Source: a virus. Taken from it: 64,000 bases of DNA. This document shows positions 18,601 through 28,175 of this stretch, in pieces. The stretch covers positions 1 to 64,000 of IMG/VR virus record IMGVR_UViG_3300032117_000009; one strand, 5' to 3'. The stretch's first letter is position 1, and each line of letters begins with the position of its first letter. A model generated the notes under the pieces. That model saw only the letters and a list, made by a program, of their open reading frames with translations. It did no database searches and was not told the origin of the DNA. The position numbers and the translations under genes were made by a program.

Positions 18601-19543
18601 TTTGAACACGAGTATTATCTGAATTACTGTAAGCCAATGCTCTAAATTGGTCTTCTGTTCCAGCTAAGTTTTTAAAAACAGTATTGTTCCAACGTTGCCT
18701 TAGTTGTGCATCTGTTTCTGGATCTGTTCCCCCAGAAAGGACTGAGTTGGTAACTTGAGAAACGCCAACTAAAGTTGTTCCAAACGAAGTAACTGCACCT
18801 GCAGTTAAATTACCATTTGATCCTGGAAGAACAGCTTGTATTGGAACTTGTACTTGTGATGATCCTTGAGCTATAGAACTTGCTGCAGTTGTTTGATAAT
18901 AAATGGGCACTGTGCCAGTTACGTTGCTTGGTGCGTAAATTTGAGTGCCCATTGCAATTTCATAAGTAGAAGTTGCACCACCAGTCGGTACCCATGAAGG
19001 TGCAGTAGTTGCAGAAACATTAGCAAAATTAAAAGTTAAACTGCCTGGAGGCAATGGTGGTGTAAAAGTTAAAGAAAAAGGAGAATTAGTACCAGCAACA
19101 TTTACAACAGTTCCTGCTGGAGTAATCCCTGCAAGTGCATTTTGTATATCTGAATTCAAAGTAGATGAGTTTGCAGAAACAGTAGCTGAAGTAACACCAT
19201 TATATGCTGCAGTAAAAGTCCCAGTAGATCCTGAAGCAATTGTTAATACACCAGTTGCTATGCCATTTGTTGAAGTTGAAAACGTAGCAGTTCCAGTTGC
19301 TCTTTTCCCATAATTTCTATAAATACCAAAAAGGGCACAAAAAGCATCAAGGTCGTTGCCAGATTTCGTGTTAACATCAAAACTATAATTTTGCAACGTA
19401 TTGTTGTTTGCAGCAATAGCGAGTTCATTTGCGACAGCTTCTAAGATTTTATATTCAGCTGTACCAACACTAACATCCCAGCTAGGGTCTTGACTTGTTA
19501 AAGCTGAAATAAGCCTGTTTAAAATTGTTGTATTGTCTGCCAT
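15617..19543 (-). CDS. baseplate J-like protein with large internal insertions (1308 aa)
   Basis: N-terminal LDAFCALFGIYR...ATGTATFS, VPIQAVLPGSNGNL, GGTDPETDAQLRQR and C-terminal LSFYQPVQISSIISNALSIQGV are baseplate J signatures. Confidence 0.85.
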   Translation of the reverse strand: MADNTTILNRLISALTSQDPSWDVSVGTAEYKILEAVANELAIAANNNTLQNYSFDVNTKSGNDLDAFCALFGIYRNYGKRATGTATFSTSTNGIATGVLTIASGSTGTFTAAYNGVTSATVSANSSTLNSDIQNALAGITPAGTVVNVAGTNSPFSLTFTPPLPPGSLTFNFANVSATTAPSWVPTGGATSTYEIAMGTQIYAPSNVTGTVPIYYQTTAASSIAQGSSQVQVPIQAVLPGSNGNLTAGAVTSFGTTLVGVSQVTNSVLSGGTDPETDAQLRQRWNNTVFKNLAGTEDQFRALAYSNSDNTRVQILGPQEQNTEHLQIQTQLKIASKYTSSSLTSNNGAGYIQSYHKFQPYASVTVNATWTVTGSGSSSVITIVLPSGTNSNGIYPGMNIVSGTINNPTIYIPLTMLAIVNTITSNSDGTTTITTSQTTTISPGANATIPAPITFCIPATTNSLLTNNYDPTLTTVQQLQNNLNYAFNGPIINDIQQLVSLIPIYNTANLYVTATGGSFTVTYTSPNGTSASYTANYNSTAATFIGNVQTAFNYVLKQYGYQCIVTQNNNANGYTQAMYIDFFTYSAIVTGGTPVNVSTVNQYLSFNFASLNGTGANAFWSVPSGLLGTINQLAYCNFNFAKPLDTNLTFMFGRIDSGSVVSWSGGTPAQIGDTSTLYPPDIGSYVYGPNVPANSYVITSGYFGGNYFTINNSMSAGFGGAGIQLLFQVTNPYTFSTFITTSIPDSQYFYPQGLEAIQGTNSNGLIQTASPSTDYTYVVTPAIFTNGTASPLGNVITIASLSIYFSNGNNYSWLYPGSIVSFTYYYVSLASRNQPVYNAGSSSWSINSNYVDIVIDGINAQLISEDVTLNASGTNLTPGSSGLITSSNKSNWVLGDGVTQPVVGDIYYIFSQQPVVQPVYGIYPQELLLSQANGNHSKLQAYSGPIGGSEPTIKIGLTSGSTTGIVPKTQMYPVYYKQNVDIPESSVFSSIPTINNYSRSSNIVTLSQSAGVTGTYNNVIINSDFYPIYDNTITAGSPQAMNGICIRQTSYSSRTETVGTTSGSNFITDTSSSLTLLDVGQIVTGGTAIPSSTSMNTRIQSVVPGVGFTMSQAATSTGSITATIYRFCQTPTISNGDQLFNLQYYVDSDVTSTDNLIQQQRLLGVSTMTHLANFQPIMINLVVVLDGSVSASTVTSNINTKMTTYLNSLSFYQPVQISSIISNALSIQGVTNARIATTTDSSSYYGIQLVAPYTYYDAIQDIVQGSASNVDFRDIIVTKTYTGDVLLQADMLPQLFRVNVYTRSQSDF

Positions 19544-20008
19544 TTAAACTACCGTTATCCCATTTTGCCCAACAGTGATGTTAAGATCAACTGTATCATT
19601 TGCTAATGTTTGAATTTGAACAGAAGCTGTAATCTGATTTGTAGTAGAACTTACATCAACTGAATTAACGCTTTGAATTATTTCTGATTTATTCCAATAG
19701 CCAAGAGCACCAATAGTTTGTGCCGTTTGCAATTGATAAACTTGTGTTTTTTGAAAAATGCCTAAAACTCTAAGAATTTCAGTTTTAACTTGAGATTGCA
19801 TAATGCCAATGTTAGATTGGCCAATATATGATTCTAAAACAGAGCCAAAATTAGGAGTTGTAAAACCAGGCCCTAATGGAGGATTGCCATACATTGGTTC
19901 TTTTAACCAAAGAGTTAATGCTTGGGCAAGCTTATCTGATCCTTGAACAAAAGTTAATTGTCCAGCAGTTGTCGCTAAATCACCATTTTGTACTTGTAAA
20001 GATTTCAC
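19544..20008 (-). CDS. baseplate wedge subunit, T4 gp25-like
   Basis: GDL...LTFVQGSDKLAQAL...PNFGSVLESYIG, located directly upstream of baseplate J. Confidence 0.8.
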   Translation of the reverse strand: MKSLQVQNGDLATTAGQLTFVQGSDKLAQALTLWLKEPMYGNPPLGPGFTTPNFGSVLESYIGQSNIGIMQSQVKTEILRVLGIFQKTQVYQLQTAQTIGALGYWNKSEIIQSVNSVDVSSTTNQITASVQIQTLANDTVDLNITVGQNGITVV

Positions 20009-20039
20009 ACTACTTCCTCGCTATGCTGGTCAAAATACA

Positions 20040-21284
20040 TTAAGTAATAGGCCCTCTATAAGCCACTGTAAGATACGTACTTGATGTGTCAGAAGTGCTG
20101 ATATTAACAGCAGAATTGCCTCCCCAAGCTGCATTAATCCCAAAACTTAAGTTGCCTTCGGTCAAAGCTAAAGTTGATGAAATTTGAGTAAGTGGGATGG
20201 CATCATTTGAACTGGTTCCAGTGCTAGGTGCGCTCCAAGGACCATTAAGAATTATATTATTAGGGTTGCTTATCACGTTAGGTTGTGCTATTTGAAGCCC
20301 CAATTGTCCATTATAGCCAGATGGAGTTCCTGCTTCTTGAGCAGTTAAAATAACACCTGGAGTTTGTGGACCGCCTGGGTTTGTATTGGCAGCTAATGTT
20401 TGTATGCTAATTGTGGTAGATGATACTGCACAAACTAACTGCAAATAATCTCCTGCATTTAATGTAAGTACATAATTTACTGCTCCAATAAGGGCGCTAG
20501 CGCCACCATGAGCAGTTCCAGGTACAGAATATTGAGAGTTGCTATTTGCTAAATCAGTTCCATTTTTTCTTAACCAAACATTAACAATGTCTGAGTTTGA
20601 ATCAGAATTGACAAATTGAATAGAATATTGTAAATTATAAGTTCCTTGGTTTGCAAAAGTAATTTGCGTTGGTTTACCGCTAGATCCATTTTGTATTGTT
20701 ACGCCATTATTTTCAAAAGAATTATTTATGCCAATAACATAAGGAGTGTTAATAGCAGAAGGTCCTTGGTTTGTAGTGTCATAAAAAGATCCATAATACC
20801 CTGAAGTAGAATTTGATCTATTTGAAGCTATAACTCTTGCAGAAGCAGTAACGTCATATAACCCAGGAACTGGTACGCTTATTTGGCCAGTCGTAGGGTC
20901 GCTTGCTATTGATCCCATTGTAGATGAAGTTGATTTTACTAATTTGTCATATATAACCTGGGTATATGTCAATGGACTAGAGTTTGGTGTCCACCCAACT
21001 GTACTATTAAACATAGCATAACTGTAGGGATTAAATTCACCTACAGAATACAACAATGTCCATTCTGTAGTTCTTCTTTCTATCCACCATTTTTGTCCCT
21101 GTTGAATTTGACTTAATGTTACGTTTGCAGGAAGATAAGTAAGAAGAATATTATATTGTGAACCATTGGTATCTAATCCCATAACATATGGGACACCATT
21201 TGTTTTTCCTGATATAACAGGGTTAGTTATAAGGGTACATTTCCTCATAACAGACATGTTGTCAAAGCCTCTACCAACCGTCAC
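20040..21284 (-). CDS. baseplate spike/tail protein with C1q-like (TNF-fold) domain
   Basis: N-terminal OB-like segment then GTYNLQYSIQF...VWLRKNG...LTLNAGDYLQL; sits between hub and gp25. Confidence 0.55.
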   Translation of the reverse strand: MTVGRGFDNMSVMRKCTLITNPVISGKTNGVPYVMGLDTNGSQYNILLTYLPANVTLSQIQQGQKWWIERRTTEWTLLYSVGEFNPYSYAMFNSTVGWTPNSSPLTYTQVIYDKLVKSTSSTMGSIASDPTTGQISVPVPGLYDVTASARVIASNRSNSTSGYYGSFYDTTNQGPSAINTPYVIGINNSFENNGVTIQNGSSGKPTQITFANQGTYNLQYSIQFVNSDSNSDIVNVWLRKNGTDLANSNSQYSVPGTAHGGASALIGAVNYVLTLNAGDYLQLVCAVSSTTISIQTLAANTNPGGPQTPGVILTAQEAGTPSGYNGQLGLQIAQPNVISNPNNIILNGPWSAPSTGTSSNDAIPLTQISSTLALTEGNLSFGINAAWGGNSAVNISTSDTSSTYLTVAYRGPIT

Positions 21285-21300
21285 TTATAATCCCAATCTA

Positions 21301-23718
21301 TTATGGAGTAGAAAATCCAAGATAAAGCATCCTATTGGCACCATTAGCTCCAGTACTTACAGAAGGCGCTGTTACAGTTGCTCTTGTTGTAAAACCGTTG
21401 GACATTGAGCCAGAATGTGTTACTGATTGAACATAAAGTTGTAAAGTTCCACCTTCTACAATTATTTCTGGAAAATTAATTCTTGTACCTGGGTAAAGCT
21501 CAGGCATAAAAGTAAAACCAACTTCTGTAGAATATTGTTGTGCCCACATTTGCATAAATGTCATAAGAGCATATGTAAATTCAAGAGTATGATCACGAAT
21601 TAATGGTTGTTGAGAAACAAATGGTCGCATTCCATATTTTCTTAAAAATGCTTGCGAATCAAAATTAAATGTGTTTGCACTATCTCCGCCAAAAAGAACG
21701 TTCATTATATTTGTATCTTGGACAGAAACGATTCCTTGAGTGCTCAACCAGTCGGCAACGTTAACCGATTGGCCAAGGCTACCGTTTGGGTCACCAACAA
21801 CAGCTACGTGAGTAGTTAAATAATCATCATTGTGATAAATTGAAAGATCTGTTATTTCAATATTATAAATATCTAATACCGCAGGAGTTGAATAAATACC
21901 AAAATAATCTGGAAACCAAGAAACAAAATCACCATTGCCCAATGATTGAAAATTTCTAAACGCTGCTGTGCTAAGCTGGTTCACTGTATTTAAAACAGGT
22001 TCATCCATCATGAAACCTCGTGGAGTTCCATATGTTATTTGAGCAACAGGATTCCACTGAGGCAAAGTGAATATTGTATTAAATAAATCGGGAGAAAAAA
22101 TTGAAGACGAAGCGGTTGTGCTTGTATTAGATGAGTTTTGTGCGCTTATTCCGCTAGATTGGTATTGTATATTACCATTGAGGGCAGAAGGTCTTGATAT
22201 TCCTGTCCAAGGTCCCCACATAGGACCTGTTCCAATTAAAGCTCCAGTATGAGAAGCAGAAACTTGCACCCCATTAGTTCCATTAGTATCTGTAGGTGAA
22301 ACAATACACATTACAACATGTTCATTACCACCAGGACCATAGAAAACTAAATCACCAGGTTGAGGCAAAACCTTATAATTTTTTGTAGCTGGAATATCGC
22401 CAGAGCCATCCGAATATATTACAACGCCAGCATCAAATTGTGAACCACTATAACGAGGTAAAGTTATCCCAGCTTTTGCATATGCATAAAGCGTTAACCC
22501 AGAACAATCAAAACCAACACCAGTGTTTCCTTCTGTTGGTCCAGAGGCAGAACCACCAGCGAATGAATATGGCACTCCAGTTTGTGATAACGCTGCTTGT
22601 ATTGCTGTCTGAGCAATAGAATTTACAATTGCCGTTGAAGATACAGTAGACCCAGGTGATGGATAAACAGGTATATTATCATTTGGTAAAGTTGTATACT
22701 GAGAATAATGATTTTTATCCCAAGAAGATTCTTGCAAAGCTTTTAAAAAATCATTTGGAGAACCGTTTTTTTGTGATAGAACATTTAATATCATTTGATA
22801 ACTACCATTTGTTAAAGTTTTAGCAGTATCTTTCGCACTATCATCTAAAGATTGGTATTTGTGTCCAGGCCTTATATTTAAAGGGTTATTTAAAGGTGGA
22901 TTCCACCATTGATCCCTAGGTTCTTCCATTGCCATCCAATGAACCATAAGCCATTGGTTGCTGGTTGTTTGTGGCATTTTTGCATATCCAAGTACAGTCC
23001 TAGCCCAACCATAATTTGTACCTGTACCCTGTGCTGCAGTTGCCCCTGGGCCACTTTGTGCTGAATTACCAGCACCATTTGCATCAACAGCTGACATAAA
23101 TTGCAAAGCTAAACTATCATTTAATTGTTTAGAATCTTTTGTATATTGCGTAGCAACAGTAGAAATAAATTTATCGGGCAAACGCTGAATATGAATTTTA
23201 TTTGGGTCCCAATTAGCTACTTTTGTAAGTAAATTATATACACCTTGCGCTGCACCACCGTCTGTATAATTTTGTTCATTTTGAATCGTTGTGTACATGC
23301 CAGGTAAAATAGCCCTTACTTCAGGTACAGAAGAATCCCAAAAAGTATTTTGTAATCTTTTAATTGTGCAACTAGCAGAAATTTCAACGGCATTTGGAAG
23401 AATAGTTATAAGCGGTGCTTGAGTAACATAACCAGAAAAAACTTGTATATTAACCGTTCTAGTCATATTAACAACTATTCTATCAAGTGTTTGAATTAAA
23501 GCTTTTGTACCACTTTCTGTAGCTGTTGCATTTGAACCTTGATTTAAACTATATTTTCTATTTTTGTTATTAAGCGTTACAGTAAAAGTGCTTACGCCAT
23601 TAACAATTCTGTTCATTTCAAAAGAAATAATATCAGAAGAAACATCTATAACGCCTTGACTTTTTGTATCAATCAAAACATTAATTTGTGGGGTGTAAAT
23701 AACTGAACCTGATTGCAT
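21301..23718 (-). CDS. baseplate hub protein with internal NlpC/P60 peptidoglycan endopeptidase
   Basis: GVPYSFAGG...GFDCSGLTLYAYAKAG...PGDLVFY...HVVM is the NlpC/P60 catalytic motif, inside a hub-like frame (FSGYVTQ...TIKRLQNTFWD). Confidence 0.85.
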   Translation of the reverse strand: MQSGSVIYTPQINVLIDTKSQGVIDVSSDIISFEMNRIVNGVSTFTVTLNNKNRKYSLNQGSNATATESGTKALIQTLDRIVVNMTRTVNIQVFSGYVTQAPLITILPNAVEISASCTIKRLQNTFWDSSVPEVRAILPGMYTTIQNEQNYTDGGAAQGVYNLLTKVANWDPNKIHIQRLPDKFISTVATQYTKDSKQLNDSLALQFMSAVDANGAGNSAQSGPGATAAQGTGTNYGWARTVLGYAKMPQTTSNQWLMVHWMAMEEPRDQWWNPPLNNPLNIRPGHKYQSLDDSAKDTAKTLTNGSYQMILNVLSQKNGSPNDFLKALQESSWDKNHYSQYTTLPNDNIPVYPSPGSTVSSTAIVNSIAQTAIQAALSQTGVPYSFAGGSASGPTEGNTGVGFDCSGLTLYAYAKAGITLPRYSGSQFDAGVVIYSDGSGDIPATKNYKVLPQPGDLVFYGPGGNEHVVMCIVSPTDTNGTNGVQVSASHTGALIGTGPMWGPWTGISRPSALNGNIQYQSSGISAQNSSNTSTTASSSIFSPDLFNTIFTLPQWNPVAQITYGTPRGFMMDEPVLNTVNQLSTAAFRNFQSLGNGDFVSWFPDYFGIYSTPAVLDIYNIEITDLSIYHNDDYLTTHVAVVGDPNGSLGQSVNVADWLSTQGIVSVQDTNIMNVLFGGDSANTFNFDSQAFLRKYGMRPFVSQQPLIRDHTLEFTYALMTFMQMWAQQYSTEVGFTFMPELYPGTRINFPEIIVEGGTLQLYVQSVTHSGSMSNGFTTRATVTAPSVSTGANGANRMLYLGFSTP

Positions 23719-24311
23719 TAAAAGTTGCCTTGCGGTTGGTGAAAAGTTCCTTGACGAGAATGAATTTGCAATTTATTTTGCAAAGGATTTGCGTTTGTAA
23801 CTGCGCTACTAATTGAATCTGATGGTAATATTGTGTACCAAGATCCTCCAAACATACTAACAAGATTATTATTTACAAGTCCACTTTCCTGAGCTGCCTG
23901 GGCAATTTTCCAAGTTTTATCAGGAAGTAAAATATTCATTCTATAATTTCTTATAAATACATTGTCAAATCTACGGTATTCTTTTTGAGCAGATTCAATC
24001 CAGCCTTCAAAAAACAAATCATTTGCTGTGTAAAGCAATTGCATAGGTGTTGAATCGCCACCAGTAATTAATTGATAGTGTGTTCTAATTTGTTCTTGAA
24101 ATGCATCCATGTCTGCATATCTTTGCAACGACCATATTGCAGTAAAATCAACAAACATTTCAGATCGACGTATGGGCCGATAAGATATACCTCTTTTAAC
24201 TTGGTTATCATCAAATTCAACATTTGAAGATGTTTGTACAGATTGTAGCCAAAGCTCAGTTGCAACAGGACCATAACTACCTTGAGTTGTTAAGATTGCG
24301 TTCCCAGCCAT
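23718..24311 (-). CDS. tail/baseplate protein (197 aa)
   Basis: Position between tape measure and hub; GGAGG SD. Confidence 0.6.
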   Translation of the reverse strand: MAGNAILTTQGSYGPVATELWLQSVQTSSNVEFDDNQVKRGISYRPIRRSEMFVDFTAIWSLQRYADMDAFQEQIRTHYQLITGGDSTPMQLLYTANDLFFEGWIESAQKEYRRFDNVFIRNYRMNILLPDKTWKIAQAAQESGLVNNNLVSMFGGSWYTILPSDSISSAVTNANPLQNKLQIHSRQGTFHQPQGNF

Positions 24312-24457
24312 TGGGAACCTCCATTTGACAATGTTGTATAAGCAGCTGATTGATGTATCACACCATAATCATGACTCCATGCAAATCCATTTGCATAAAC
24401 ATCTTCATTATCTGGAAAAATAATAGGAGTAGATAATTTTACGGTGCTTCTTATCAT
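24290..24457 (-). CDS. small hypothetical protein (55 aa)
   Basis: TAAATG junction with the upstream gene; MIRSTVKLSTPIIFPDNEDVYANGFAWSHDYG...; below track cutoff. Confidence 0.5.
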   Translation of the reverse strand: MIRSTVKLSTPIIFPDNEDVYANGFAWSHDYGVIHQSAAYTTLSNGGSQWLGTQS

Positions 24458-25183
24458 TTATTCATTGGTCCTTTGTGCAGAATGAATTGATTGTTGGTTA
24501 GCGTTTTGATTACCACTTGTTGTTGTTGATGAATTTGTAAAAGTTGTAGTCTGTGTTGACGGATTATTTGTCCAACTAACTGGTGTAGTTGGAACGCTAA
24601 TTGGGGGATTGTTCATAGTGCTCAATGCATTTGAAATAGACGTATTTACTTTTAGTAAACTATTGTTTCCAACTCCAGAATAATCAGAAGTTTGCGAACC
24701 AACAGAATTTGTCCCATTGCTCCAACCAATATTTTTAACAAGGTTATCAATTTCAGTTGTTGTAAGAGATTGGGTGATATCACCAAAACCTTCATCAACT
24801 TCAAATTGCATGCGATATGGATATGTAACAGATTGGTAATCCCATCCTAATTCCATAGATCTTGCCCACACAGAAAGAGGAATTTGCGGAATATTTAAAT
24901 TAGAACCAATTGGCGCAGGAAAATTAAGCGGAGAAGATAATTCATTATTTATTTGATAATCTTGCGTATTTTTAAAAGAAGTATAAAGATCAAATAAAGC
25001 TTGTCTACTGCCAGCATCACCTTCCCAGGTTATAGTTCCAATTCTAATTGATAAAATTTGTGTAACTCTTCCTCCAACCGTATTAAAAGAAACTTTATTT
25101 AAAATATAATTCCAATCAACAGAATTAGGACTATAAGGGTAAGCTATTCCATTTAAATATGCTAAAGAAGGAACATCTACCAT
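24458..25183 (-). CDS. tail tube initiator-like protein
   Basis: Immediately downstream of the tape measure; likely start MVDVPSL at 25183. Confidence 0.55.
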   Translation of the reverse strand: MVDVPSLAYLNGIAYPYSPNSVDWNYILNKVSFNTVGGRVTQILSIRIGTITWEGDAGSRQALFDLYTSFKNTQDYQINNELSSPLNFPAPIGSNLNIPQIPLSVWARSMELGWDYQSVTYPYRMQFEVDEGFGDITQSLTTTEIDNLVKNIGWSNGTNSVGSQTSDYSGVGNNSLLKVNTSISNALSTMNNPPISVPTTPVSWTNNPSTQTTTFTNSSTTTSGNQNANQQSIHSAQRTNE

Positions 25184-25187
25184 TATA

Positions 25188-27203
25188 TTATAAAATTCCC
25201 AAAGTAGCAGATTGCAAAGCAGAAGATCCAAGGCCAACTATATTCCCAGCAAAACTTTCAGCTTTTACAATAAATCCAGCAGCTTTTGCCTTGTTGCCAA
25301 GTTCAATTGTTACACCATTAACATTTACTCCATTACCAGATTGTGTTCCTTGTAAAAGATTAGAATACTTAAGAGCTTTTTGTTCATCATTATATTTTTT
25401 CATTGCTGCGTTATAAGCAGATTGGTTAGTGTAAAAACCTCTCGAACTATCCCTATCAGCTCTTGTATAATCGCTAAGCTCTGGCCGTTTTATTGAACCA
25501 GACATTGCTGCTTTAATTGCCCCAGGATCTTTTTCTAACATTTGTGTAAAAGCTGTAGCTTGTTGTTGAGTCATCTCAATTCCCAAAGAACCCAAAAGCA
25601 TTTGTTCTGTGAATGGATTATTTGTATTTGATAACATTCTTTGCAAACCACCAAGCTCTGCCATAGCATAATTTGCACCACCTACACCACCATGACTTGA
25701 TGCCCAATTATAAAGCCCTGTGATTGGTACGCCTGCTGCTTGAGCAGTTAATGCTTGGCCAATTAAAGAACCACCATATTGCATTATTGAACCAGTAACT
25801 GGACCAAGTATTTGACCTAATTGTTGATTATTAGCTGTTAAGCCCATTGTCATAGCAGCAGCTGCGCTAGCTGGATTGCCAACCCCTAATCCAGAATAAA
25901 TCTGTGTTCCAGTAAGTAAATTTTGTTGAGCTTGTGCAAAAGAAACACCAACATTTGCTGCATTATTTGCAGTAGCTTGCAAAGCATTACTTAAAGAACC
26001 AAGGCTTTCCCCTGCCTGTACAACAGCTGCTTGGAAAAGTTGTTGTGATTCCTGTGGATTCATCCCAAAACGTTCATATGCGCCAGAAGCAAAGCTACGA
26101 TATTGATTAAGATAATTTGATCCAAATCCATAGCCAGACGCCAATCCAGTTGCCTCAATTTGTTTTGAAACACCACTTGGCATTAATGGATTCATAAAAG
26201 ATCCCATAAAAGATTGTATGTTAGAGCCATAACCACCAATCGGGCTATCAGAACCAGTTAATGTTCCATATTCCTGTCCAGTTCTAACTATATCTGAACC
26301 AACTTTATATGCCATTAAACCAGCAGATAATGCCATTCCAACAGGACCTGCAAAACGCATAGCACTAGAAAGCACGCCTCCACCAGCAGCTATACTACCA
26401 ATGGAAGTTGTATCGTCAACAAGATCAGCAGGCAAATCTCCAACCCCATCTATATGCAATGTATTAGTTGCAGATTCAGTTGTTTTACCACCTAAACCAG
26501 AAAATACTTTTCCCCATTTGTTCCAAGCTGCGCTTACCCCACGAATTCTAGGAAATATTAATGATGCTTTATTAAAACCGCTACCGATACTTTTGTAAGC
26601 TTCGCCAACATCTTGAGGTAATTTAGTAAAATAAAAAAAGTCCTGGGCAGCTTGTCGTGCTCTATCGACAGCCCCTTTTTCTTCTTCTTTCATCATCATT
26701 TCTTCAGCAACAGCTTCTTCTTGTTCAGGTGTTCCAGAAAAAGCTGAGGGAAAACCACCAAAATTACTCATCATTCCTGACATTGGGTTATAATAACCAC
26801 CCATCATGCCACCCATAAATCCAGACATACCACCCATGCCACTCATTCCGTATGGCATTTGTCCCATACCTTGCATTGTTTGTGCAAGACGAGACATAGA
26901 TTGTTCCATATCTTGATAAGCATTTACTTGATCACGCAAAGAATCAGTTCTAGAATCACTAATATTACGAAGTGATTGTTCAGCTTCTACCATTTGCTGA
27001 CGAAGAGAAAGTTGCTCCTGGTATTCAGAAGTTATTTCACGTAAACGGTCTTGCGTATCTGCTATTACGTCACGGAAAGCTTCTTGATCCATACGCATTT
27101 GTTTAATTTGATCTGCGAGGGTTGCAGCATCTTGCGATGATCTATCTAAATCTAGATTAACATTAAGGCCTAAGCTAACCTCAGGACCCATAATATTGTC
27201 CAT
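25188..27203 (-). CDS. tape measure protein (671 aa)
   Basis: Follows the frameshifted chaperone pair; N-terminal coiled coil, Ala/Gly/Met-rich helical body. Confidence 0.8.
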   Translation of the reverse strand: MDNIMGPEVSLGLNVNLDLDRSSQDAATLADQIKQMRMDQEAFRDVIADTQDRLREITSEYQEQLSLRQQMVEAEQSLRNISDSRTDSLRDQVNAYQDMEQSMSRLAQTMQGMGQMPYGMSGMGGMSGFMGGMMGGYYNPMSGMMSNFGGFPSAFSGTPEQEEAVAEEMMMKEEEKGAVDRARQAAQDFFYFTKLPQDVGEAYKSIGSGFNKASLIFPRIRGVSAAWNKWGKVFSGLGGKTTESATNTLHIDGVGDLPADLVDDTTSIGSIAAGGGVLSSAMRFAGPVGMALSAGLMAYKVGSDIVRTGQEYGTLTGSDSPIGGYGSNIQSFMGSFMNPLMPSGVSKQIEATGLASGYGFGSNYLNQYRSFASGAYERFGMNPQESQQLFQAAVVQAGESLGSLSNALQATANNAANVGVSFAQAQQNLLTGTQIYSGLGVGNPASAAAAMTMGLTANNQQLGQILGPVTGSIMQYGGSLIGQALTAQAAGVPITGLYNWASSHGGVGGANYAMAELGGLQRMLSNTNNPFTEQMLLGSLGIEMTQQQATAFTQMLEKDPGAIKAAMSGSIKRPELSDYTRADRDSSRGFYTNQSAYNAAMKKYNDEQKALKYSNLLQGTQSGNGVNVNGVTIELGNKAKAAGFIVKAESFAGNIVGLGSSALQSATLGIL

Positions 27204-27205
27204 TT

Positions 27206-27667
27206 TTATTCCTCGAAATCAGTTAATTGAGATATGTCAATTCCTTCGAATTGTTTTATAAAATTTTCTTCTACGGAGACTTCATTTTTGGAGAAATTTT
27301 GTTCTCCATTTTCAACAATATTGTTTTCTTGTTCTTTAAGAAGATTGTTATTTTTTTCAATAATATCAACAATATATTCAAATTCTTCAATTGACTCTGG
27401 AGCTTTCCATATAATTTGGTCATATCCAGCTTCTTCACGCTCTTGTTTATCTTCCATGTATTTTTCATACACTTCAGGGCGATGAATCATAAGTTGTTGT
27501 TCAAAATCATTGGTTTTATTATTTATAGATTTAATTTCTTGTCTATATAAATAAGTTTCCAAACAGAGTTCTTGCACAAGGCTAAGCTCTGGACCCGTTA
27601 ATAAACCTCTAGCATATGCTAAATCAACATGCCTGGTTACGTAAGGGTCTGACTCCCATCTTTTGGG
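27206..27667 (-). CDS. tail assembly chaperone frameshift extension (GT-like C-terminal part)
   Basis: The -1 frame is open from the slippery site through track ORF 27206..27577 (PKRWESDPYVTRHVDLAYARGLL...VQELCLETYLYRQ). Confidence 0.75.
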   Translation of the reverse strand, partial: PKRWESDPYVTRHVDLAYARGLLTGPELSLVQELCLETYLYRQEIKSINNKTNDFEQQLMIHRPEVYEKYMEDKQEREEAGYDQIIWKAPESIEEFEYIVDIIEKNNNLLKEQENNIVENGEQNFSKNEVSVEENFIKQFEGIDISQLTDFEE

Positions 27668-28125
27668 TCGTCATCACCTGTCTTTTGTTCTTCAAAAATT
27701 GGCGTGACTTTATTAAGTTTAATTATATCTAACTCATCAAGCACTTCAATTACTTTTCCTTCAAGCTCATTAATAGCTTCAAAAAGTATATCAATAACCG
27801 GATCATGCCAAGAATTAATAACATAATTATATTTTTGACGTAAAATATCTACGTCTTTTTCTGCAGCCATTAGTTTTTGGCCATCTACTAAAATAAGACC
27901 AGCAGCAACAACAGCTGCTCTATAAGATCTACCATATCCTAAGGTATCTGCAAGATCTGCGGTAATCATAGAAACAGAAATTTTATCGCCAGAAGTAAGT
28001 GTTCTAACTGTAAATTTGTGAAAAGGAATTTCTATTTCTTTTTCCAGATACCCTAGGTATAGTAGTCCTTCAAATGGTGCTTTCCACTTATCAGGGAAAG
28101 TTTGACTATCTACTTCTGTGGTCAC
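27637..28125 (-). CDS. tail assembly chaperone (G-like)
   Basis: Upstream of the tape measure; carries an in-phase C CCA AAA heptamer near its 3' end. Confidence 0.8.
   Translation of the reverse strand: MTTEVDSQTFPDKWKAPFEGLLYLGYLEKEIEIPFHKFTVRTLTSGDKISVSMITADLADTLGYGRSYRAAVVAAGLILVDGQKLMAAEKDVDILRQKYNYVINSWHDPVIDILFEAINELEGKVIEVLDELDIIKLNKVTPIFEEQKTGDDDPKDGSQTLT
27661..27667 (-). promoter_or_regulatory. -1 programmed ribosomal frameshift heptamer CCCAAAA
   Basis: X XXY YYZ pattern in the correct phase (GAC CCA AAA) at the conserved lambda G/GT position. Confidence 0.75.
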
Positions 28126-28175
28126 TCATTATCCTTTGGTCCAGGGGTTTTTAACCCTACCTTTTTATTTAAAAA

